Assembly: GCF_963921235.1 (NCBI RefSeq)
Contig: NC_086108.1
Coordinates: 94,304,001 to 94,368,000, forward strand
Direction of reading: 5' to 3'
Length of the DNA: 64,000 nucleotides
Source of the DNA: Mobula hypostoma
Lineage: Eukaryota
The position numbers and the translations under genes were made by a program. The first letter of the stretch is position 1, and each line of letters starts with the position of its first letter. Shown piece after piece: positions 49,437 to 61,299 of this stretch. The notes below the pieces were generated by a model. The model was not told where the DNA came from, did no database searches, and was given only the letters and a program-made list of their open reading frames with translations.

Positions 49437-51319
49437 GCGCCTCTTCCTACAGATGCTGCCTGGCCTGCTGCGTTCACCAGCAACTTTGATGTATGTTGCT
49501 TGAATTTCCAGCATCTGCAGAATTCCTGTTGTTTTGGTAGACATGTTTTTACACTTTGTGGCAACAGAAAGTACATTGGGCCTAAAAGAGGCATTGTCAA
49601 GTATGAAGGTGCTTTAGGGGGATGTCGGCAACTATGAAAGAGCTTTAGGTTGGGAAACACTGGTGCAAATTAAGTACATATTAAACCCTACTTGCAGACT
49701 TGTTCATTAATTTCTGTCTCTCATCTCATTTAAATACTCAATTCAACATCTATAATCAAAGAAAATTACATGGTTACAAAAGAGTAATTAAGTTCATTGT
49801 TTCTTTTAAGTGTTTCTAGCAATTTGAAATCAGTCAAAGTGCTAATAATTCAGCAATTCAGTGCTTGGTTATCTTTACTGTTTTTTATTTAAACGCATGA
49901 TCATCTTTAAAAAGTTACTCAAATCCTTTCAAAAATTAGCCTCTCCCAATCTTTGCAATCTCCACTATTCCTTGATCACTCCCAATTTCAATTTTTCCCC
50001 ACCTAGGTTCGCTATGACTCAAGCTCATTAGGGTAGAAATTCTGAGATTCCCCTCCTTAACAACTTCCTTGAACGTCAATCCTAACCTTTTTTTATGGTA
50101 GTCCAATGTTAGATATTGTTTGATAGCTTTCGCATGAAGTGTGTTTGGACATTTTCCTATTAAAGGTCGCAGATCAGCGACAAAAAGAAATAACATGGAA
50201 CAGGAAGCAATGCATTTAAATTACTTCCTCTTCACACCACCATGGAACCCAATTGGACTTGAGCAAATAAAATGATTAGAAACTAAAGAGCAATTTATGA
50301 TATTTATAAGAACTTAAAATTACTTAAAATATTTGGCTCATAAAATAATCTGCATCTTGTAATAAAACTGTTAAAGTAATTGTATGAGCACAAATCAAAA
50401 ACTGTATTTTAATTCTTCGTATTACTAAATCTAAAAGATTTCTATACAACTCCCAGATAAAAAGCCCATAGCAGCAAACCGCAAGCCAGGAATCTTAAAT
50501 GACTAGAAAAGCTCAACTAAAATTGATTACCTTTCATGTTAAGAAACAGCTTGTACAGTAAGTATAAAATACTACTGAACCACTTTTATGCAAAGAAAAG
50601 ATTCTGTATTTACAAAACATTTCCCAACCTCAGAATGCCCAGGAAAAACCTCAGCAAATAATAATTCTCTTCAAAATTACTAATGTAATGTAGGGCAACA
50701 CAAAGAAAAGTGACAACCATCTTTTACACCATGGAATAAATGACTAGAAATGAAAGCTTTACTAAACCAGTAAAGGCAGGTGAAAGATAAACTTTTATAA
50801 AATGAAAGGACACTACAAAGTTTTATTTTCTTCTTCAAGCACCAAGAGAAAAGAAATAGACATCTGGAAATGTGAAATAAAAATAGAAAATACTGGAAAT
50901 AGTCAGGCAGAAGAGAAAATCAAAGTTAACATCTCAGGTCAATAACCACTTAGAAGAGCTACTGCCGAGTATGTGCAGCACTTACCGTCTTATTGCAATC
51001 TTGTAAATCCACTTCATTGGTTTAACATTTCATTTGAGAAACAGCATTTTCAATAGTTGAATGCTCCCACTTTAGTAGTTAGAGCATAACTCTAGATCAT
51101 CTACTCCCACGGATTTCTGATTCAAGTAATGAACAGAAGCAACTTTGGCAATGTAAAATATTAAAAGTAATGGAATACTACACACATTCGGATTTGTAGA
51201 AATTGGTGTGCATTCTTTTTGCCTTCAAATTCTTTTGCTTTTTCTTTTAAATGTTATATTTTCTTAATTTCATACATAAAAAGAGACCGACCTAACAATT
51301 TCTACCTCTGCTTTGTCAA

Positions 51320-51333
51320 CCAGCAGGGGGCCA
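51320..51333 (+). promoter_or_regulatory. Candidate CTCF site in intron 1
   Basis: CCAGCAGGGGGC matches the CTCF core CCASYAGRKGGC in an apparently TE-free stretch. Confidence 0.45.
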
Positions 51334-51602
51334 TATTGACTAACTCACACTACCACAGGAAATACACAGAAATGGAGTGATGTGACCTACATGACGCCAG
51401 AACCATGAGACTTAATACCTCTAACAACATTTGGTAGATCCCATCCTAAATTACTGCCAACTTGTGTAACAGTTTAATAAGCCACTCGTCCAATACACAG
51501 CTTCCTTAGAGGCCAAACCCATCCTAAATTACAGCCTACTTTAACATTTTAATGAGCAACTCATCGAATGCATGGCTTCCTTCGAGGACAAACCTTTACT
51601 TC

Positions 51603-52617
51603 CGGTTTAAGATGGTGCTGGTGAACATCAGCGACTTCTATCTAGTGGATAACAAAACAAAGATAGCAACTAAATACTTTGTTAACCACACTTTCTCTGG
51701 CAAACAGTAAGAATCTGACTTCCCTCCGGCAGGGTGAAGTTAGAAGGCGCTAAACAGCAACTTCTTTGCTTGCATTTTCAGAAAATTTCTATCTTTGATA
51801 TCTCTTTTTTTCTTTTTCATTGTGCTGCGGGGGTTCTCTCGAAGACCATGACCTGGAGTTACACTCTGACTTTGGTTCTTTGTGGGAATGGGACCTGCTC
51901 TCAGGGCCTCACGACCAGCCGCTTTTTAGTATCTCAAGGACACAGCCTGGAAGATGAGCGTACCTTCAGGGTTCCAGGATTTCGTGGCTCTGGGGATGTG
52001 CTGATTCTAGGCCGGTGCCCCTGACTGAAGCGTTGCAGGAGTACATGGAACATCAAGAGCAGCGGGTTAGCTGATGGGGTTGCATGTCTGGAGAGCTGAA
52101 CCTTTATGGTGCCCACTCCCTGGGCGCAGAGCTCAGAAAAAGGAACGCAACAGACTTTTAACATTGTAAATCAGCAAGCTGTTTGTTATGTCTCCCTCTC
52201 ACTATGAAAAGGGTTCACCTCTTTTTGGGAGGGGGAGAGGGGAGGGAGGGAGGGGGAGAGAGACACACACACACACACACACACACACGGAGCCTGTGAA
52301 ATATCTAATTATTGGGTGAATGAGTAGTTTTTGGGGTACCACAAGACTGTCTATTGATGCTTTGCTGTACACCTGAGAGTTTTTGCTGGTGAGGATTGTG
52401 GGGGGGGGGCACTTTGGTCATTGCCTTGCAGTTCTTGCAGTTGCTTTTGCGGGGGAGGGGTAGTTGGGAGGGGGGATTTGGGGTTCTAACATTTTAACTG
52501 TCATTCATTCTTTGGGGCACTCCTCTGTTTTCATGGATGTCTGTGAAGAAAAAGAATTTCAGGATGTATATTATATACATTTCTCTGACGTTAAATGCAC
52601 CTATTGACTTATTGACT
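51603..52617 (+). mobile_element. Unclassified non-autonomous retroelement with internal (GA)/(CA) microsatellite (~52230-52288)
   Basis: Starts AAGATGGTGC like the 3791 end; ends with a (TATTGAC) tandem tail; no ORF. Confidence 0.5.
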
Positions 52618-52619
52618 TG

Positions 52620-53230
52620 GCGGCAATTTGATATGGCAGAATCGAGGCGGTGGTCCCGTTACTGAGAGCATGGAGGAGTGTGAAAGGTTGGGCACAGGCC
52701 GAATCAAAGGTGCAGGGTCTAGGCCCCGGAGCACATCAACATGAGTGAATCAGTTGTTCAGACGGAGATTTAAGCACTGGGCCAGACTGCAAAGGTCAAG
52801 GAATTGAGGCCCAAGGCGAGGGGTGGGCCAGTTCAAATTGCTGCGTGAAGAGGCAGAGCCCGATGTATGGACAGAAAGTTAAGTGCCAGGCTAGATTGAA
52901 AAGTTCAGGGTATCAGGGCCAGATCTCTGCTCCACAACATTTACTTGGCTCTGCATGGAACTACGGAACTCTTCGCAGAGCAGTTCAGAAGCACTATTTG
53001 CTTGCAGTTACTGTTTGCACGATTTTTTTTTCATTGCACATTGTGTTATTTTATTCTTTTTTTAATGGTTCTTTTTTATGGGCACGATGTGGTTTTTATT
53101 TCTGCACACTGGGTGTCAGACATTTTGGGCGGGGGTGGCCTTTTGTTTCGTGGCTGCCTGTTAGAAGATGAATCTCAAAGTTGTTTAATGTATACATACT
53201 TTGATAATAAATATACTTTGAAGTTTGAAT
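52620..53230 (+). mobile_element. Non-autonomous element with the shared TTTGATAATAAA..TACTTTGAA tail
   Basis: 3' part similar to 23920-24090. Confidence 0.5.
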
Positions 53231-53879
53231 AAATACTATTTTGTTATTACAGCAATGCATACATCACCCCTAGTAACTCCTACATAGTTAATTCTGTTGC
53301 TGTAAAACAACAGTAGAATGACCTGGTAGTACTGTAGCTGATATGTTGGGAGAATGGGTAATTAAATAATGCAGCAAAAATGTCAATGTTGTGATGTTTC
53401 TTGGCCACCTCAATGCTAAAATACTAGCAAGTGATCTTTAACTACAAATACCGCCTCATTGAGGCCTGAGTGATCAAGGCTGTAATTTACAAACAATTAC
53501 ATTGGAAGGTCCTTGGGAAAAGAAGACATTCATGTCTTAGCTGAGGACAGCTGTTAATGGCTTAAATGATAACTGCAAAAAGATAGCCTATAATCTGGAA
53601 TTCTACAGTATGTAATTACTATCAAAAACCCATGACTCATTATTAATTACTCAATCAAATCCCTTCAAGTCTTTACATACTCTCAGTTATTAGCAGAGTC
53701 AAAGTCATGAGTTATATGTGACTTTACCTATACCAGTGTTCCATGTCGGGGGGCGGGGGGCAGTGGGGGACAGTACATTCCCATTAAACAATTTCCTTTA
53801 ACGTCTAGCTGGAATAACTATCAAGAAATGAGTTGAAAAAATCCTTTGTTTTTTTTTCTTTTTCTCCACAAAATTCAGA

Positions 53880-53975
53880 AGAAGAATCAAGTTTAATATC
53901 ACTGGCATACATTATGAAATTTGTTGTTTTGCAGCAGCAGTACATTAAGTACATAAAAACTGCAAATTACAGTAA

Positions 53976-54006
<31 letters not shown>

Positions 54007-54277
54007 GTACAAAAAGAGAAAACAAAAGTAGTGAGATGGTGTTCATGAGTTCAATGATCATTCAAGACATCTGATGGCAGTGGGGAAGAAGCTATTCCTG
54101 AATCATTGAGTGTGTGCCTTCAAGCTCCTGTACCTCCTCCCTGATGGTAGCAATGTGTCTTGGGTGATGGGGGTCCTTAATGATGGATGCCACCTTTTTC
54201 AGGCATCGCTCCTTGAAGATGCCCTGGATGCTGGGGAGGTTAACGCCTAATATGGAGCTGGCCGAGTTTACAACTTC
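53880..54277 (-). mobile_element. Rex/Babar 3' fragment
   Basis: NSASSILG..FKERCLKKVASIIKDPHHP. Confidence 0.8.
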
Positions 54278-54442
54278 ACACACAAAATGCTGAAGGAACT
54301 CAGCAGGCTAGGTAGCATCTATAACGAGGAATAAACAGTCGACCTTTCGGTTGAATGCCTTCATCAGAACTGACCTACTGAGTTTCCGCCAGCATTTTGC
54401 ATGCGTTGCTCTGGATTTCACGATCTGCAGAATCTCGTGTTT
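54278..54442. mobile_element. Older, decayed inverted Penelope termini with a minus-strand hammerhead remnant
   Basis: AAAATGCTGAAGGAACTCAGCAGG vs CCTACTGAGTTTCCGCCAGCATTTT; minus strand CUGAUGA..GAAAGGUC. Confidence 0.6.
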
Positions 54443-54879
54443 ATTCCATGAGTAAATTTTCTGGGTGTTGATTTGTGATTCCTACAAAGTTGAATTTTGG
54501 CCAACATGAACAGCTATAACATGGGGAACACCTGGACTGTAATTCCATCAGGAGTCATTAGGTAGTATGGAAATAGCTCATCTTAAGAATGACCAAATTA
54601 CCAGTTTATCTCAATTAGAATTTGACATTTATGGAATTGCATGTTTTTTTTCTTCTGGAGCTGCAATAAAAATACTGAAAAGTGAATAACTTTTAAAGAT
54701 CTATTCTGAAGTTTACTGCATTCCATCTGCTGCATAAACCAGAACAATATTCCACATCTATCTAGGAGACTGCAAATTAATAAACCTGAAAACATTTTTA
54801 AAAAGGTTGTGGAGTAAATAATTATTGGGTTGTCTCAGGGTAGGAGCTGGGACCTGCGAGGGCTGACAGAAGTCCATCG

Positions 54880-55493
54880 CCCAACCCCCATCCTCACCAC
54901 TTCCTACAGAGGTTGTATTGAGAGCATCCTGAGCAGCTGCATCACGGCCTGGTTCGGAAATTGCATCATCTCGGATCGCAAGACCCTGCAGCGGACAGTG
55001 AGGTCAGCTGAGAAGATCATCGGGGTCTCTCTTTCCACCATCACAGACATTTACACCACATGCTGCATCCTCAAAGCAAACAGATTATGAAGGACCCCAC
55101 GCACCCCTCATATAAACTCTTCTCCTTCCTGCCATCTGGAAAAAGGCACCGAAGCATTCGGGCTCTCACGACCAGACTATGTAACAGCTTCTTCCCCCAA
55201 GCCATCAGACTCCTCGATACCCAGAGCCTGGCTTGACACCAACCTACTGCCCTCTACTGTGCCTACTGTCTTGTTTATTATTTATTATATTGCCTGCACT
55301 GTTTTGTGCACTTTATGCAGTCCTGGATAGGTCTGTAGTCTAGTGTAGTTTTTGTGTTTTTTCTTACGTAGTTCAGTGTAGTTTTTGTATTGTTTCATGT
55401 AGCACCATGGACCTGGAAAACGTTGCCTCATTTTTACTATGTTCTGTACCAGCAATTATGGTTGAAATGACAAAAAGTGACTTGATTTGACTT
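54880..55493 (+). mobile_element. Rex/Babar 3' fragment
   Basis: YRGCIESILSSCITAWFGNC..LQRTVRSAEKIIG; (GACTT)n tail. Confidence 0.88.
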
Positions 55494-56735
55494 ATTCATA
55501 AGTGATGTAAGTGATTTGGATATGAATGTACGTGGCATGATGAGCAAGTTTCTGATAATACTGAATTAGAGGGTCTTGCTGATTACAAAGAACACCTGAT
55601 CAGTTAAGCGGATGGGTTGAAGAATACAAACTTTTACAGTGGTGTTCTGTAATCCTTCTAGCATCAGCACTTCTTTATCTAGCATATCTAACTTGTAATC
55701 TTGTACACCTTGTAATTCACAACGGGCTAAATTGAAAACAGTCCTGGCTTCTGCATTCAGCTTAATGAAACCTAAAATTCCATATATTTCTAAGTTACGA
55801 AAAATTTCAAAATCACAAACATCAAATTTCAACTTTACAGCTATCTCCCAATATTGTGAACAGAAAAGTAATAAAAGAACATGAGAAGACCGACCATCCG
55901 TCAAAAACCAAATCAAGAGTCAGAGCTGTAGTCAGTGAGATTCAACGTGGTCTGAAAGTCTGCTTCCAAGTCCTCACCGATCACCAATCATTTACAATGG
56001 TCCTATATTAGTCTCATTCTTCATTCTCTCCATATTCCATCAACTATATTATCAGCTCACAGGCCCCAAGTGTCCCAGCCTTACCGAACTCTACTACTCA
56101 CCCACACACTAGGGACAATTTACCACAACCAATTAACCTACCAACCTAAACATCTTCATGATGTAGGAGAAAACCCAAGTGATCACTGAGAGAATGTGCA
56201 CTCAGAAAGTAAACAACTTTAAAAAAAAATTGATATTTGGTGGCCACACCTTTTTTTGCCTTACATACGACTAAAGTTCAGTTCTGACTCAAATTGCTCC
56301 TGGCAAAGTATTGGAGCATAGATCTGGGAGGGAGGAAATTAAGTTTCAATATTCTTCCTGCAGTTGTCAAAACAAGTGAAAGCAAAAAGACAGCAAGCAT
56401 TACTTTTTAACTGGCAATGGCATTGCAAGGTCACTCACCAGCCAAAATGTCACTGCAAATCTTTAAAGTAAAACTGTGCCCTACTGATAGCTTCAGAATA
56501 TCTTCAGAAATTAGTACAGCGGCGTAATAAAATTCTGCTTTATTTTTGTAACAATAATACTTCAATTGCTGATAAACACAGCACATCAATAAAAGCAAAT
56601 GATACTAAAGCTTCCATTAATCCAGAATACAAGAATGATCAAGTGATTTAGTGACAATTATAGACAATCCATACTCAATTTTGAAAGTCATTATTTTAAA
56701 TGAGGCAAGAACAAAACAAAAGCACCACGAAAGGG

Positions 56736-57481
56736 CAGATTGAGCACCCTTGTCTAAATTACTTGTGGTGTTTTGGATTTTGGATTTTTTTTTGGGTGAT
56801 TTTGGAGCATCTATATAATAAGGTACCTTGGGGATGAGACCTCTAAACACAAAATCCATTTTGATTACATATACAACTATGTACAGCTGGTGTAAAGCTC
56901 AGAGTGAACAATCCATGGTCAGAGCACAGTCTGATGTGATGGAGCTGGGTCCTCCACAGACTGTCGGAGTTGAATGACCACCTCCAACTGTGTCCATTAC
57001 CGGGTTCCAGCTCTGCGACTGGCCTCATATTCTGCCATTGATTTCAAACAGGAACCTGTTCCATGGCAACTACGATAGGAGGGGTGTAGTTTTATATAAT
57101 TTTTTAAAAATCTTGTGCACGAAACAATTACCTCAATTTTCAGTTCATTATGATAGATCTTTGCTTGTTTTATGATCGACATACTGTTAAGCAGCACATG
57201 TTCACTCTGACGCTGATGAATCCACTCTTTCAATACACGATTGAGATACTAATTTTTTGCTTTATGCAGTGTTTTTCTATTTTTAATTAACTCCTGTATA
57301 TTACACGTGAGGTCACTTCTTAGAACCGTCTGTGGTGCACAGAGATTTGCACATTGCCCGGGAACATTCCCAGCGTCTTGTGGAACTTTTCATTTGTGAC
57401 GCCATGTCAGCGTTCAAAAAAACAATTCAGATTTCAGGAGCTTTCTGATTTTCGAATTTCGGAAAAGAGGTACTTCAACTG
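56736..57481. mobile_element. Tigger4/Zombi-like non-autonomous DNA transposon
   Basis: Ends CAGATTGAGCACCCTT and AGGTACTTCAACTG; subterminal TTCGGA/TTTGGA repeats; CTTGGGGATGAGACC..CTAAACACAAAAT block recalled from Tigger4. Confidence 0.7.
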
Positions 57482-57594
57482 CTGTTATTTACAAACTACA
57501 TTAATTAGTTGAATTACTTGACAATTGAGCATTTCTCCCCCTGGTTCCACATGGACTATGTTGATTTTGAAGTTAAAGCAATTATTGCAAAATC

Positions 57595-58958
57595 AAACAT
57601 GAGGAAATCTGCAGATGCTGGAAATTCAAGCAACACACACAAAATGCTGGTGAACGCAGCAGGCCAGGCAGCATCTATCGGTAGAGGTACTGTCAACGTT
57701 TCGGGCCGAGACCTTTCGTCAGGACTAACTGAAAGAAGAGATGGTAAGAGATTTGAAAGTGGGAGGGGGAGGGGAGGTGGAGATCCAAAATGATAGGAGA
57801 AGACAGGAGGGGGAGGGATGGAGCTGAGCTGGAAAGTTGATTGGCAAAAGGGATACAAGGCTGGAGAAGGGAGAGATCATGGGACAGGAAGCCTAGGGAG
57901 AAAGAAAGGGCGAGGGGAGCCCAGAGGAAGATGGAGAGCAGGCAAGGAGTTATAGTGAGAGGGACAGAGGGAGAAAGAGAGAAAAAAAAGGGGGAATAAA
58001 TAAGGGATGGGGTAAGAAGGGGAGGAGGGGCATTAACGGAAGTTAGAGAAGTCAATGTTCATGCCATCAGGTTGGAGGCTACCCAGACGGAATATAAGGT
58101 GTTGTTCCTTCAACCTGAGTGTGGCTTCATCTTGACAGTAGAGGAGGCCGTGGATAGACATAACAGAATGGGAATGGGACGTGGAATTAAAATGTGTAGC
58201 CACTGGGAGATCCTGCTTTCTCTGGCGGACAGAGCATAGGCATACAGCAAAACAGTCTCCCAGCCTGCGTCAGGTCTCGCCAATATAGAGAAAAGGCCGC
58301 ATCGGGAGCACCGGACGCAGTATATCACCCCAGCTGACTCACAGGTGAAGTGTCACCTCACCTGGAAGGACTGTCTGGGGCCTTGAATGGTGGTGAGGGA
58401 GGAAGTGTAAGAGCATGTGTAGCACTTGTTCCGCTTACAAGGATAAGTGCCGGGAGGGAGATCGGTGGGAAGGGATGGGGGGACGAATGGACAAGGGAGT
58501 CGCGTAGGGAGCAATCCCTGCAGAAAGCAGAAGGGGGGGGGGAGGGAAAGATGTGCTTGGTGGTGGGATCCCGTTGGAGGTGGCAGAAGTTACAGAGAAT
58601 CATATGTTGGATCCGGAGGCTAGTGGGGTTGTAGGTGAGGACAAGGGGAACCCTATTCCTTGTGGGGGGGGGCGGAGGATTGGGTGAGAGCAAATGTGCG
58701 TGAAATGGGAGGGATGCATTTGAGAGCAGAGTTGATGGTGGAGGAAGGGAAGCCCCATTTTTTAAAAAAAGGAAGACATCTCCTTCATCCTGGAATGAAA
58801 AGCCTCATCCTGAGAGCAGAGATGCGGTGGAGACGGAGGAACTGCGAGAAGGGGATGGCATTTTTGCAAGAGCCAGGGTGGGAAGAGGAATAGTCCAGAT
58901 AGCTGTGAGAGTCCGTAGGCTTATAGTAGACATCAGTAGATAAGCTGTCTCCAGAGAC
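57595..58958 (-). mobile_element. Penelope-like element 3' half (RT end, GIY-YIG, terminal repeat with decayed hammerhead at 57691-57726)
   Basis: RVPLVLTYNPTSLRIQHMIL, IYCVRCSRCGL; AGUC-CUGACGA..GAAAC-GUU. Confidence 0.92.
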
Positions 58959-60589
58959 AGCGACATACTTGTTTTCATTGCCTCTAAAGCCACCTCAAGT
59001 TGCTTATTATTTATTCCCCAATTACTTTTATTCCCCATTTATCTGAAACTCATCCATGGTAACATTGCTTGTCAGTAGTTGCCAGGGCCTCATTCTGCTC
59101 CCAGGTTACTGAAAAGAATTCACGCAAAAATGCAACAACTTTTCATAAATTGTGCCAAATTAAGTAACATTTTGGATGCTTACAACATTAAAGATGACAT
59201 GAATGCAAACTGGTTTAATTTAAAGTTCAGAAGAACAGCACTTGTATATAATCATTTCCAAATGCTTGGAATTACCTTAAATCTATACCTCCTGTTTATG
59301 CCCACCCTGCTAACAAAACTACATTCTTTGAACCAGGCTGCAGTTCTATATACCCCAGTTAACTGTCTAAAGAAAACAATTCCAACTATCCAATTTGCCC
59401 TCATGGCTAAAACTCTACAGTTGTGGCAATATCCTTGTTTCCATAATGTTGTGGCCAGAATTCAACTTTAGCTCCGTGGCTTAACTGGTGTTTAATATAA
59501 CCTTTAAAATTACCTAAAGAATTTGATGCCTCATTGTAACTATTTTATAGCCTTGCCTTGTTAGAGTCAGGGAGTTGTGAACATGTCGCTTTACACTTTC
59601 TGCCATTTATTAAATATTCTTATGTGTAATTTGTCACCAGCATATGTGCTACATCATTTCTCCAAAACCAACTGTACTTGCTGATTTCCTGCTCAGCCGG
59701 TCAGCCCATTGACATCTTCTTGCAGTCTATAGCTTTCCTCCTCTTCATCAATCATTTGGTCAATATTGCTTACCTCAACAAGTATTTTAATGAAGCTCCT
59801 AGATCAAGCCAAAGTTATCAATATACTGCATGTCAAGAAAATTAAGGGATTTGGTATTAAGCTCCCTCTTGCTCTAATAGTTTGTGCTTTACTCAGTACC
59901 TTTCCAATAATTTACCCAACAATGAGATGACTGACTGAAAAAACAAATTCCTTTCTCCCATTTGGTGGTGGAAACTGGAAGAAACAAAAGAGGGATCCAT
60001 GTAAACTGTTGCTTAATTTTTGTTCAAATGAATTGAGACAACTGTTAGCCATCCAGTTGAAATCAGGAAACACTGCTCATGTGCTTAAGCTGCATGTTAT
60101 TGTACTGCAACTAATGAATTATGATTTACTATCGACTATAAGCTCTGAAAGATTCCCTTACCAATACTAATTGCACCTGAATTATTTAAGTGGTATTTCC
60201 TAACACTACTAACTGACTGCAACATTTCCTAGCATACCCTTTCATAAACGCCACTGCTGAGGAAGCGATTTGGAAATGTCTAGATAGAAAAATGCACTAA
60301 AATAGGTTGCATAGTTTTTCAGAATTTTAAATTATCCATCAGTATTTTTGTACCATATCATCTTTGTGGTATGACTAAGCTGACTATTATAGCACCAAAC
60401 CACTTAAAATGTACAAAGAATCAAATAATTCACAACATAGTCTGACCACCTTAAACGATGACTGAAAGTCTTGATGTTTCTAAAAGTAGATTTAAACATC
60501 TTGTGGAATTTATTTTACATCACCACTGCCATGATAAGAAGCAACATAAAATATTTTTTTAAAAATAATAGCATAAAGCATTTGAAAAA

Positions 60590-61250
60590 TATCAGGGTAG
60601 CACATTTTAGCTCTGATTTCCAGCTGCAACTGAAGCGTGGAACAGGTAGACGAGATGGCATAATAGCAGTCAGGGCAATGAGTTTTACAGTTAGGAGGTC
60701 ACGGTGTGGTTGTACCGAATGCTGGTCAGGCTGCACTTTGATTATTCAGTTTTGCTTGCCTTACTCTAGGAGAGATGTTTTTAACCTGGAAAGAGTGCAG
60801 ATGAGATTTTCAAGGAGGCTGTAAGGACCTGATGGTCTGAATCAAGGGAGAGATTGGACAGGCCAGGACTTTATTCCTTAATACATAGGAGACTCAGGAG
60901 ATTTTATTGAGGAATATAAAATCACAAGGAGAATAGATAAGGTGAATGCGCTCAGCATTCCCCCCCCCCCCCCATGTTTGGTGAATCAAGAACTATAGGT
61001 ATAAGGTGAATGGGAAATGATTTAATAGGAACTGAAGTGGCAAATTTCTTTTTTATACAAATGGCCGTATCTATGTGAAAAGAGCTGCCAGAGGAAGTAA
61101 TGAGGCAGGTATGGTAACAATTTTTAAAAGGTGGAAAGGTTTAAAAGGTTATGGAACAAACTCTGGCAAATGGGACTAGTTTGGATGAGGCATCTTTGTC
61201 GGATGGACCAGTTGGGCTGAAAAGCCTGTCTTTCTGCTGTTTGACTCTAC
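60590..61250 (+). mobile_element. Old CR1 3' fragment
   Basis: RRDVFNLERVQMRFSR; CR1-like tail. Confidence 0.7.
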
Positions 61251-61299
61251 ATTAAAGCAGGTGAAATTACAGTTTTGAAATATATTGATGGTCTGCATC

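Larger units (their letters stand above)
49219..49534. mobile_element. Inverted pair of Penelope terminal repeats
   Basis: 119-bp arms 49218-49336 / 49371-49489 with 2 mismatches; TSD TGGTAGACATGTTT (49205-49218 / 49535-49548). Confidence 0.92.
48385..49662 (+). mobile_element. hAT (Buster/Charlie-type) transposase C-terminal remnant
   Basis: YLANLYDKMN..LQ, FQNRFKDL..IPDWVINPF, FPSSYFVERGISAV; terminal GTTGGGAAACACTG (reverse of a CAGTGTTTCCCAAC TIR). Confidence 0.75.
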
